A stretch of 44,580 nt of DNA from positions 1 through 44,580 of the forward strand of contig JAJYHN010000139.1 in NCBI GenBank assembly GCA_021784765.1, given 5' to 3'. The notes under the pieces are model-generated. The model saw nothing but the letters and a program-made list of their open reading frames with translations, was not told the origin of the DNA and did no database searches. A program made the position numbers and the translations under genes. Each line of letters begins with the position of its first letter. The first letter of the stretch is position 1. Shown here in pieces: positions 29,862 through 38,070 of this stretch. The DNA comes from Actinomycetes bacterium. GTDB taxonomy: Bacteria > Actinomycetota > UBA4738.

Positions 29862-31436
29862 TCAGGACTGGGGTCCGAAGACGTAGGTCGTCACGCTCTG
29901 CGGGGGCACCTGCAGGACGAGCCGGCCGTGGGCGTCGAGCGACGGGAGGGCGACCCGGGCGAGGTCCAGCGTCGCGCTGGTGCGGACGGCCGCCGAGGGG
30001 ACGAACGCGCGAAGCAGGGCCGTCGGGAGGCGGAGCCGCAGCGTCGCGCCGGCGTGCCCGGCCGGCGCGTCGTCGATCACGATCACCGTCCACTGCGAGG
30101 CCGACGAGAACGCCAGCAGCCGAACGCCCGGCACGGTGGTCGCGGCCGGGCGCCGGACGGCGCCCGGCCGCACGTACCTGCTGAAGTTTCCGAAGACCCA
30201 GTAGCGCTTGGTGGTGGTGATCGCGGTGTTGCCGTCGGTCCGGAAGTTGGGGTCGTAGTAGAGGAGGCCGTCGTCCCATCCCCGGTGGTTCACGCTCCCG
30301 GCGCAGGTGGGGGAGGCGGCCGGATCGCAGCCGAGGCTCGAGGACAGTGCCCGCCACCAGCTGAACGAGGACGCCCCTGCGCCGGCGACGTCGCTCCAGA
30401 TGCGGCCGGCGAGCCACAGGCCGCTCGCCATCGTCGGGTCGTACAGCCGGCCGAACCGGTGGCCGTCGACGCAGCAGATCTCGGTCATCCAGAGCGGCTT
30501 GCCGTACCGGCGCCCGGCGGCGGCGAGGCCCTGCAGGACCGAGGCCTGGGGCGTGCCGTAGTCGTGGTAGGCGATCGCCGCGACGTAGCGGGCGACGCCG
30601 GGCCGCCCGAGCCACGCGGGCAGCTCCGGCAGCAGCTGCGCGCGCACGTGGCTCGACTCGTCGGCGATGACGTGTGCCCAGGGCGCGCGCCGCGCGAGGT
30701 CCCCGCCGAGGTCGGCGATCAGCGTCGCCCGCTGCGCCGGGGGGACGGCCATGCCCTCCTGGTAGCACGAGCCGAAGCCGAAGTCCGGCTCGTTCATCGG
30801 GCTCACATACGAGAGCGTGATGCCGTCGGCCTCCCGGAGGTGGGCGACGACGTCGGTGAGGTAGGCGGCGTAGGCGGCCGTGTCGGCCGGCACGAGCCCG
30901 CCGCCGCAGTTCTTGCCGTTGGTCTTCCACACCCCGGGCGCGCTGTTGGCGAACCCGACCAGGTTCGGCACTCCGTCTCGGGCGGCGAGCCGGAGGAACG
31001 CCAGGCCTCCAGGGTCGGCCGACCAATCGTAGGTCCCCGCCCGAACGAGGAAGCTCTGGGGCCCCGGCAGCCCGGGCGTCCCGGCGCCGGCCCCGATGTC
31101 GTACCGGTACATGCTGAGCCGGATCCCGGAGGGACGAAAGAGCATTGCCGCGACCTGCTGCTGGACCGCCGGCGGGAAGGACGCGAGGTCCGCCGGCCAC
31201 CCCTCGCCGGAGGCCCCGAATCCCTGCATGGTCTGCAGGGGGGCCGATCCGACGAAGCCGTTCGAGGTCGACGGGTCGGCGCTCCCGGGGCGCCCGGCGC
31301 TCGAGTGGATCGATGCGAGGTCGAGCGCCGCGGAGCCGACCACCAGCGCCGCGAGGGCCCCCGCGACCCACCATCGGGCGCTCCTCGACCGGGAAGGTTG
31401 CCGCCGGCCCGCCGCGTCCCGACCCTGTCCCGCCAT
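29862..31436 (-). CDS. Secreted or membrane-anchored glycoside hydrolase family 30
   Basis: QTMQGFGASG, RYDIGAG, SPMNEP (acid/base), LWMTEICC (nucleophile), KRYWVFGNFSRYVRPG; N-terminal hydrophobic segment. Confidence 0.85.
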   Translation of the reverse strand: MAGQGRDAAGRRQPSRSRSARWWVAGALAALVVGSAALDLASIHSSAGRPGSADPSTSNGFVGSAPLQTMQGFGASGEGWPADLASFPPAVQQQVAAMLFRPSGIRLSMYRYDIGAGAGTPGLPGPQSFLVRAGTYDWSADPGGLAFLRLAARDGVPNLVGFANSAPGVWKTNGKNCGGGLVPADTAAYAAYLTDVVAHLREADGITLSYVSPMNEPDFGFGSCYQEGMAVPPAQRATLIADLGGDLARRAPWAHVIADESSHVRAQLLPELPAWLGRPGVARYVAAIAYHDYGTPQASVLQGLAAAGRRYGKPLWMTEICCVDGHRFGRLYDPTMASGLWLAGRIWSDVAGAGASSFSWWRALSSSLGCDPAASPTCAGSVNHRGWDDGLLYYDPNFRTDGNTAITTTKRYWVFGNFSRYVRPGAVRRPAATTVPGVRLLAFSSASQWTVIVIDDAPAGHAGATLRLRLPTALLRAFVPSAAVRTSATLDLARVALPSLDAHGRLVLQVPPQSVTTYVFGPQS

Positions 31437-31576
31437 GCCGTGATCTCCGCCCGCCGTCGCCGAGGACGCCTACGGTAGCGCGCCGACGCCGGCCCGCGGC
31501 GAGGGGCGCATCCGGTAGCCTTGCGGCGGGCGCCGGTGCGGCGCCCGCCCCACGCCGTACGACGAAGGAGGTTCAC

Positions 31577-31765
31577 GTGGCCGAGCAGATCGACCGCGCG
31601 CTGTTCGACAAGGCCATCGAGGTGACGGCGGCCGCGCTCCGTGGCGCGATGGGCGGCCAGGGCAGCCAGCCGCCCTCCTACGCGGCCGACCTGTTCCGGG
31701 AGGTCTGGAGGGCGCTGAAGGAGGCCTCGGCCGACCTGTCGGACCGGCCGCGGGCCGGGTTCTAG
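31577..31765 (+). CDS. Small helical hypothetical protein (62 aa)
   Basis: SD AAGGAGG before GTG 31577; MAEQIDRALFDKAIEVTAAALRGAMGGQGSQPPSYAADLFREVWRALKEASADLSDRPRAGF*. Confidence 0.75.
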   Translation: MAEQIDRALFDKAIEVTAAALRGAMGGQGSQPPSYAADLFREVWRALKEASADLSDRPRAGF

Positions 31766-31937
31766 TCGCGATCGCGACACCGGAGTCGACGAGCCGCCGG
31801 CGCCGCGGGTCAGGGCTCGACGGATCCGCCGCGGGACGGTACCGTGCGCGGATCCCTGCCCCCGCTGCCGGCGTGCTTCAGCCGGGCAGCGGGTAAGGTG
31901 GAATCGGGCCGGTGGAACCCCTCGAGGGAGGAGTGGT

Positions 31938-33773
31938 GTGATGGATCGCATCCACGAGTGGAACGAGCTCGCTGCGCAGCTTGCGGTCGACGGCATCCGC
32001 GCATCGACGGCGGCCGGCTCGGGCCACCCGACCTCGTCGATGTCGGCCGCCCACCTCGCGGCCGTGCTGTTCGACGGCCACCTCCGCCTCGACGTCGCCG
32101 ACCCGAAGAGCCCGGCGAACGACCGCTTCGTGCTGTCCAAGGGTCACGCCTCGCCGATGTTCTTCTCGGTGCTGAAGGCGATCGGCGCCATCACCGACGA
32201 CGAGCTGCTGTCGTTCCGGAAGTTCGGGAGCCCCGTCGAGGGGCACCCGGTCCCGCGGCCCGACATGCCCTGGGTCGACGTGGCCACCGGATCGCTCGGC
32301 CAGGGACTGCCGATCGGGCTCGGAATCGCGCTCGCCATGCGCATGGACGGGCTGCCCGGCCGCGTCTGGGTCCTGATGGGCGACTCGGAGGTCGCTGAGG
32401 GCTCGGTCTGGGAGGCCATGACGAACGCCTGGCACCACGAGGTTCGAAACCTCATCGGCATCCTCGACATGAACCGGCTCGGGCAGCGCGGGCCGACGAT
32501 GCTCGAGTGGGACGGCGAGGCCTACGCGCGCCGCGCCGAGTCGTTCGGGTGGCGCACGATCCTGGTCGACGGCCACGACGTCGCCGCGATCGACGCCGCC
32601 TACACCGAGGCGGAGGACGGTGAGGGACCGACGCTGGTCGTCGCGAAGACCGAGAAGGGCCACGGGGTGTCGTTCCTCGCGAACAAGGAGGGCTGGCACG
32701 GCAAGGCGCTGTCGCCCGACGAGGCCGAGCGGGCGATCGCCGAGCTCGGCGGCGTGCGTGACCTGCGCGTGATCCCGGTCCCGCCCGAGCCGGTCGCGCG
32801 GCCGGTGGCCGGCGGCGGCACGGTGACCCTGCCGGCCTACGAGGACAGGATCGCAACCCGCAAGGCGTTCGGCGAGACGCTGGCGGCGCTCGCCGCCGAC
32901 CCGCAGGTCGTCGCCCTCGACGGTGAGGTCGGCAACTCGACCCACACCGAGGACTTCCAGAAGGTGGCTCCCGATCGCTACGTCGAGATGTACATCGCCG
33001 AGCAGGCGATGGTGGGGGCCGCCGTCGGGCTCCAGGTGATGGGCAAGAAGCCCTTCGCGGCGACGTTCGGCGCCTTCCTGACGCGCGCCTACGACTTCGT
33101 GCGCATGGCGGCGGTCAGCCGCGCGCACCTCCGGCTCTGCGGCTCGCACGCCGGCGTCTCGATCGGCGAGGACGGGCCGTCGCAGATGGCGCTCGAGGAC
33201 CTGGCGATGATGCGCGCCGTGCACGGCTCGACCGTCCTGTACCCGGCCGACGGGAACTCCACCGCGAAGCTCGTCGCGCAGATGGCCGACCTCGACGGCG
33301 TCGTCTACATGCGGACGACCCGCGAGGCGACGCCGAAGCTCTACGACGCCGGCGAGACGTTCCCCATCGGTGGCTCGAAGGTCGTGCGTTCGGGGCCGAG
33401 CGACCGGGCAACGGTCGTCGCGGCCGGGGTGACCGTGTTCGAGGCGCTGCGCGCCGCCGACGCCCTGGCGTCCGAGGGGATCGACGTCCGGGTGGTCGAC
33501 TGCTACTCGGTGAAGCCGATCGACGCCGCGACGCTGCGGACGGCGCTGGTCGAGACCGGCCTCGTCGTCACCGTCGAGGACCACTGGGCCGACGGTGGCC
33601 TGGGCGACGCGGTCCTCGCGGCGCTCGCGTCGCAGGGCGAGCTGTCCGGGCGCGTCGTGAAGATCGGGGTGACCGGGATGCCGGGCTCGGGGACCCCCGA
33701 CGAGCTCCGCGAGTGGGCCGGGATCTCCGCGGCGAAGATCGCCGAGCGGGTGCGGGCCGGGCTCGGCGCCTGA
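31938..33773 (+). CDS. tkt: Transketolase (short ~610-aa type)
   Basis: SGHPTSSMS, DRFVLSKGHA, ATGSLGQGL, GDSEVAEGSVWEA, IAEQAMVG, GEDGPSQM. Confidence 0.95.
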   Translation: MMDRIHEWNELAAQLAVDGIRASTAAGSGHPTSSMSAAHLAAVLFDGHLRLDVADPKSPANDRFVLSKGHASPMFFSVLKAIGAITDDELLSFRKFGSPVEGHPVPRPDMPWVDVATGSLGQGLPIGLGIALAMRMDGLPGRVWVLMGDSEVAEGSVWEAMTNAWHHEVRNLIGILDMNRLGQRGPTMLEWDGEAYARRAESFGWRTILVDGHDVAAIDAAYTEAEDGEGPTLVVAKTEKGHGVSFLANKEGWHGKALSPDEAERAIAELGGVRDLRVIPVPPEPVARPVAGGGTVTLPAYEDRIATRKAFGETLAALAADPQVVALDGEVGNSTHTEDFQKVAPDRYVEMYIAEQAMVGAAVGLQVMGKKPFAATFGAFLTRAYDFVRMAAVSRAHLRLCGSHAGVSIGEDGPSQMALEDLAMMRAVHGSTVLYPADGNSTAKLVAQMADLDGVVYMRTTREATPKLYDAGETFPIGGSKVVRSGPSDRATVVAAGVTVFEALRAADALASEGIDVRVVDCYSVKPIDAATLRTALVETGLVVTVEDHWADGGLGDAVLAALASQGELSGRVVKIGVTGMPGSGTPDELREWAGISAAKIAERVRAGLGA

Positions 33774-33802
33774 CCCCGCCGGCGGGGGAGGATGAGGTGG
33801 AC

Positions 33803-34780
33803 GTGAACCGGGCCTCCCGCCGCGCCGGATCGCGCTGGGGCCGCGAGGACGCCGGCCCCGGGTCCGTCGGGCTCGTGCGCGCGAGCTACGCGGGGGATCG
33901 GTTCGTGCTCGGGTACGGGTCCGACTTCTTCGGCATCTGGGACCGGGAGGCGCCGGGCGGCCCCGTGGAGCGCTTCGCCCGCACCGATGCGGGGTGGGAG
34001 GCCGCCTGGCGCCGGTTCACGGCGCTCGAGCCGAACCCCGCGGTCGCCGGGCCCGCAGCGCGGGAGGAGCGTGCCGCGGGGTTCCGCTCGGCCCGCCGGC
34101 TGGGGCTCGCGCTCTCGGCGCTGCTCGCGGTGGCGGCCCTGATCACGGTCGCCGACATGGCCTTCCGGGTAACCGAGCTCGCGTCGCTCTACCGGGCGCG
34201 CGCGGGGCACGCCGTCCCCGCGGCCGAGACCGTCGCCATCCGCACGCGGCTGGAGGGGGCGTCGGCCGTCGGCGACATCGTGAGCGTGGCGACGGGGCTC
34301 CTGTGGCTCGTCTGGCAGTACCGGGCGGCGACGAACCTGCGGGCGCTCGGCGTCAGGGAGCTCCGCTACTCGCCCGCGTGGGCGGTGGGCTGGTGGTTGA
34401 TCCCGGTCGCGAACCTCGTGATGCCGTACCTGACCGTCCGGGAGCTGTACCGGGCGAGCGACCCGGATGCCGGCGCGACCGACTGGCGCCGCCCGGTCCC
34501 GTTCCTGTTGCCGGTCTGGTGGGCGGCCTGGATCCTCCCCCTGATGGTCGGTGCCGCGGGCCTCGCCCTCTCGTCCCGCACCTCGCTGGCGCCGTCGGCG
34601 GCGATCGCCCGAGACTGGTGGACGATGGCCGGCTCGTCGGCGGCCGTGGCCGGCGCGATGCTCTCGATCGCGCTGGTCCGCGGCATCGGCAGGCGCCAGG
34701 AGCGGCGGCGCGAGCGGATGACCGCGGTCGCACCGGCCCCCGCCGGAGCTGCCGGGGCTGCCGGAGGCGCCGGTGGCTGA
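33803..34780 (+). CDS. DUF4328-like membrane protein with an extra N-terminal domain
   Basis: WLVWQYRAATNL...YSPAWAVGWWLIPVANLVMPYLTVREL...WWAAW. Start is GTG 33797 or 33803. Confidence 0.75.
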   Translation: MNRASRRAGSRWGREDAGPGSVGLVRASYAGDRFVLGYGSDFFGIWDREAPGGPVERFARTDAGWEAAWRRFTALEPNPAVAGPAAREERAAGFRSARRLGLALSALLAVAALITVADMAFRVTELASLYRARAGHAVPAAETVAIRTRLEGASAVGDIVSVATGLLWLVWQYRAATNLRALGVRELRYSPAWAVGWWLIPVANLVMPYLTVRELYRASDPDAGATDWRRPVPFLLPVWWAAWILPLMVGAAGLALSSRTSLAPSAAIARDWWTMAGSSAAVAGAMLSIALVRGIGRRQERRRERMTAVAPAPAGAAGAAGGAGG

Positions 34781-35564
34781 CGTCGTCACCCCCGACGGCG
34801 TCCGGCTCCACGTCGAGGTCGACGGCGACGGCGACGGCCCGGTCTCGGTGCTCGCCCACGGCCTCAGCCTCACCAACTCGTGCCGCGAGCTCGCGATGGT
34901 CACGCCGTTCGTGCCCGGGACCAAGGTTCGCTCCTGCTTCCGCGGGCACGGGCACAGCGACTCGCCCGAGACCGGGTATCGCTTCGCCGACTTCGCGACG
35001 GACGTCGACACGGTGGGCGTGGCCTACGGCGCGACGGTCGGGGTCGGCACCTCGCTCGGCGCCGGCGCGATCGCGAACCTCGTCGCCCGCGAGCCGGATC
35101 GTTTCGACAGGCTGGTCTTCCTGCTGCCTGCCGGCCTCGACGTCGAGTTCCAGCACAAGGAGCGGCTGCTGCGCACGGCCGACCTCGTGCAGGGCAGGAC
35201 GCAGGAGGAGGCCATCGACGCGCTGCTGTCGGACCCGGAGCGGACGGCGAGCTACCTGCAGATGCCGTGGCTCCGCGACCTCGACCACGAGCTGCTGGCG
35301 AACCTGAACCCGGTCGGGGTGCCGCGGGCGATCCGCGAGATCGTCCACGACCGGCCGCTGCGGAGCCGCCACGACATGGCGAAGGTGAAGGCGCCGACGC
35401 TGATCGTGTGCCAGCGCGGCGACGTCATCCATCCGGTCGAGGTCGGCGAGATCCTCGCGGAGATCATGCCGGCCGCAGAGCTGCTGGTCTTCGACGACGG
35501 AGAGGCGCTCTGGCATGCGATCCCCATGCTGGTCGCCCGCGTGAGCGAGTTCCTGACGGGCTGA
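34773..35564 (+). CDS. Alpha/beta fold hydrolase
   Basis: LAHG, FRGHGHSD, GTSLG nucleophile elbow, PTLIV...DVIHP. Confidence 0.85.
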   Translation: MADVVTPDGVRLHVEVDGDGDGPVSVLAHGLSLTNSCRELAMVTPFVPGTKVRSCFRGHGHSDSPETGYRFADFATDVDTVGVAYGATVGVGTSLGAGAIANLVAREPDRFDRLVFLLPAGLDVEFQHKERLLRTADLVQGRTQEEAIDALLSDPERTASYLQMPWLRDLDHELLANLNPVGVPRAIREIVHDRPLRSRHDMAKVKAPTLIVCQRGDVIHPVEVGEILAEIMPAAELLVFDDGEALWHAIPMLVARVSEFLTG

Positions 35565-35567
35565 CCC

Positions 35568-36977
35568 GTGGCTGCGATCTCCAACGGTGAGCTCGAGACC
35601 GCCTCCGAGATGGCGGCGGCGCTCGCGGCCGGCGGGACCTCGTCGCTCGAGCTCGTCGAGCGGGCGCTCGCTCGCGCCGAGGCGTGGCAGCCGGCGACGA
35701 ACGCGCTCTCGCAGCCCCCCTGGGCCGAGGAGGGCCTTGCCGCGGCCCACGCGGCCGACGCGGCGCGCCGGGCCGGGGACGCCGGGCCGCTCGCCGGCAT
35801 CCCGATTGCCGTCAAGGACCTGTTCGACGTGGCCGGCCACGTGACCACCGGGTGCTCGCGTGCCTACGCGGATCGCGCTCTCGCGGCCGCCGACGCGCCG
35901 ATGGTCGCGGCCGTGCGCGCCGCCGGGCTGGTGCTGATCGGCAAGCTGAACCAGCACGAGCTCGCGGCCGGCGGGACGAACCTGGTCTCGGCGTGCGGGC
36001 GCACGGCGAACCCGTTCGACCCCGAACGGATGACCGGCGGCTCCAGCGGCGGCTCGGCCGCCGCCGTGGCCGCCGGCATCGTGCCCTGGACCCTCGGCTC
36101 CGACACGGGTGGGTCGATCCGCATCCCCTCGTCGATGTGCGGGGTCTACGGCCTGAAGCCGACGACCGGACGGCTCTCGATCCGGGGCATGCTGCCGCTC
36201 GCGCCCTCGCTCGACTGCCCGGGACCGATCGCGGCGACGGGGGCCGATCTGGCGATCCTGTTCGCCGTCCTTCACGGGCGGGACCCGGGGACGGCGGTGC
36301 CCCGACCCCCGCCGGCCGCTGCGGTCGGCCGGCGCGTCGGCGTCCCCGAGGGCTACCTCGACGGGGTCGTCCACCCTGAGGCCGGGGCGGCGGTCGAGGC
36401 GGTCGCGGCCATGCTGGGGGGGGCCGGCGCCGAGGTGGTCCGCCTGGACGGACACGGGATCGAGGACGCGCGGAGCGTATGGAACCGCGTCTGCTGGTCG
36501 GAGTTTGGCCCCGCGCATCCGGCCCTCGCCGACCCGGCGCGCCGGGCGCTGCTCGACCCAAGCGTCCGAGAGTGGATCGAACGGGGGGAGGCCCTCTCGC
36601 CGGAGGAACGCGAGCGAGCGGCGGCCCGCCGCGAGGAGATCGGCGAGTGGTTCCGCGACCGCCTCGGCGGGGTCGACGCGCTGGTGGTGCCGACGACGCC
36701 CTACCCGGCCCCGCGGGCCGACCAGGAGGAGGTCGACCTGGGCCCGGCCGGCACCGTCCGGGTCGCGCGGATCGGTCCCGGCTACCTGACCTCCGCGGTG
36801 AACCTCGCGGGGCTGCCGGCCCTGTCGCTCCCGGCCGCGTGGTCGTCCGAGGGGCTGCCGATCGGGGTGTCGCTGATCGGGCACGACGACGGGGAGGCGA
36901 CGCTGCTCGAGCTCGCCGCCGTGTGGGAGGCAGGGGGCGGCCACAGGCCGCGGCGACCGCAGCGGCCGGCGCAGTGA
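35568..36977 (+). CDS. Amidase-signature family protein
   Basis: PLAGIPIAVKDLF, GGSSGGSAAAVAAG, GSDTGGSIRIP, NLAGLPALSLP. Confidence 0.92.
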   Translation: MAAISNGELETASEMAAALAAGGTSSLELVERALARAEAWQPATNALSQPPWAEEGLAAAHAADAARRAGDAGPLAGIPIAVKDLFDVAGHVTTGCSRAYADRALAAADAPMVAAVRAAGLVLIGKLNQHELAAGGTNLVSACGRTANPFDPERMTGGSSGGSAAAVAAGIVPWTLGSDTGGSIRIPSSMCGVYGLKPTTGRLSIRGMLPLAPSLDCPGPIAATGADLAILFAVLHGRDPGTAVPRPPPAAAVGRRVGVPEGYLDGVVHPEAGAAVEAVAAMLGGAGAEVVRLDGHGIEDARSVWNRVCWSEFGPAHPALADPARRALLDPSVREWIERGEALSPEERERAAARREEIGEWFRDRLGGVDALVVPTTPYPAPRADQEEVDLGPAGTVRVARIGPGYLTSAVNLAGLPALSLPAAWSSEGLPIGVSLIGHDDGEATLLELAAVWEAGGGHRPRRPQRPAQ

Positions 36978-37023
36978 GCCGCCGCCGTCGAGGCCGTGGG
37001 GTGCCCCATGCGAGAATGAGCCC

Positions 37024-37482
37024 GTGCGCCTCTCCGCGAAGGCCGACTACGCGATCCGGGCGACCGCCGAGCTCGCGGCCGCCGGCCCCGGCGCGCCCGT
37101 CAAGGCCGAGCAGATCGCGCGGGCGCAGAGGATCCCGGTCAAGTTCCTGCTGAACATCCTGGCCGAGCTGAAGCACGCCCGGCTGGTGGCGAGCCAGCGG
37201 GGAGCGGAAGGGGGCTACCTCCTCGCCCGGCCGGCCGAGGAGATCACGCTCGCCGACGTGATCCGCGCCGTCGAGGGCCCGCTCGCGAGCGTGGGCGACC
37301 GCCGCCCCGAGGTCCTCTCCTACGAGGGGCCGGCCGAGCGCCTCCGGGACGTTTGGATCGCAGTGCGCGCCGGCCTCCGCGCGGTGCTCGAGCACGTGAC
37401 GCTCGCCGATCTCGCGTCGGGCGAGCTGCCCGAGGTCGTCCTCGCCCCCGGCCGCGACTCCGAGGCCTGGCTTCCCCACTGA
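37024..37482 (+). CDS. Rrf2 family transcriptional regulator (no Fe-S Cys ligands)
   Basis: MRLSAKADYAIRA...SQRGAEGGYLLARPAEEITLADVIRAVEGP; the protein contains no cysteines. Confidence 0.93.
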   Translation: MRLSAKADYAIRATAELAAAGPGAPVKAEQIARAQRIPVKFLLNILAELKHARLVASQRGAEGGYLLARPAEEITLADVIRAVEGPLASVGDRRPEVLSYEGPAERLRDVWIAVRAGLRAVLEHVTLADLASGELPEVVLAPGRDSEAWLPH

Positions 37483-37483
37483 T

Positions 37484-37928
37484 GTCATGAAGGAGCGGGC
37501 CTCCGCTCCCGTGCTTAGAGCGTGACGGCGTACCGTCCGCTCAGCACAAGCGACAGGAAGGAGGCCCTACCGGGACGAGTCCGGGTGCCGGACCTACCCG
37601 GTCTCCTCCGCTCCGACGTCGGTCCGGGCGCGCTCGCTAGGGGTCATGGCCTCGCCTTCGGGCGACGGCCGCTGCCACTGATTGAGCCGCCCGTGCCGCA
37701 CGCTCACCATGGGAGCCCACCCGAACAGATGACTGGCGCAGACGTCGCCCCTGCGTGGTCCACGCGGCCAACCGACCACCCCGGCCGTCCATCCAACGCC
37801 GGTCCTCGCCGGCGTCAAGGTCGTTCGTCCGGTTGGGCGCTCCACCTTGACCCCGGCTCCGGGCCGTCGTGTGAGGCGGCCAAGGAGGTGATGTGGACGG
37901 ACTTGACACCCGCCCGCCCTTCATAGAT
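37484..37928 (+). mobile_element. Non-autonomous, transposase-less IS110-family (IS1111-like) element
   Basis: Flanked by direct repeat GATG (37481-84 and 37926-29). Sub-terminal IRs ATGAAGGAGCGGGC (37487-37500) and GCCCGCCCTTCAT (37912-24). A left-end hairpin occludes an RBS with no start after it; outward TTGACA at 37903; internal guide RNA matches the flanks. Confidence 0.75.
37625..37739 (+). ncRNA. Putative bridge/seek RNA core (target-binding loop plus donor-binding loop)
   Basis: Stem CGGGCG-c-GCTC/GAGC-CGCCCG encloses an internal loop with GGGTCAT (37641-47) and CCACTGAT (37675-82), capped by GGCC-TCGCC-TTCG-GGCGA-c-GGCC. A second stem GTGCCG/TGGCGC has loop strands containing ...CCAT and ...AGAT. 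Strand inferred from the cUUCGg tetraloop and G-U pairs. Confidence 0.7.
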
Positions 37929-37962
37929 GACCCGGGGAGCGGCACCCCCGCCGAAAGTCCAG

Positions 37963-38022
37963 TTGACGTGCCCGCCCTGCAACCGTAGCCTGGGTGAGGA
38001 TACTCAAGTGTTTCGGTGGAGT
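37963..38022 (+). promoter_or_regulatory. Promoter of the TauE/SafE gene with a possible Rrf2 operator
   Basis: TTGACG (37963-68), 17-nt spacer, TAGCCT (37986-91); ACTC-N13-GAGT (38002-38022) just downstream. Confidence 0.6.
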
Positions 38023-38070
38023 TGATCGACTTTCTGGGGTCCGGCCCGGAGCTCCGCCGGAGGAGGGGCG

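Noticed and set aside
37882-37892. ATCACCTCCTT on the minus strand as a 16S rRNA 3' end
   Set aside because: Only 11 nt match and the adjacent sequence lacks the conserved 16S terminal helix; treated as an SD-like motif inside the mobile element.
37483-38070. SAM or other sulfur riboswitch, or a protein-coding gene, upstream of tauE
   Set aside because: No riboswitch consensus is recognisable, and the structured part lies upstream of the tauE promoter. The ORFs called here (37522-37926, 37594-37845, 37637-37945) lack coding character. IRs and flank-matching guides explain the region better.
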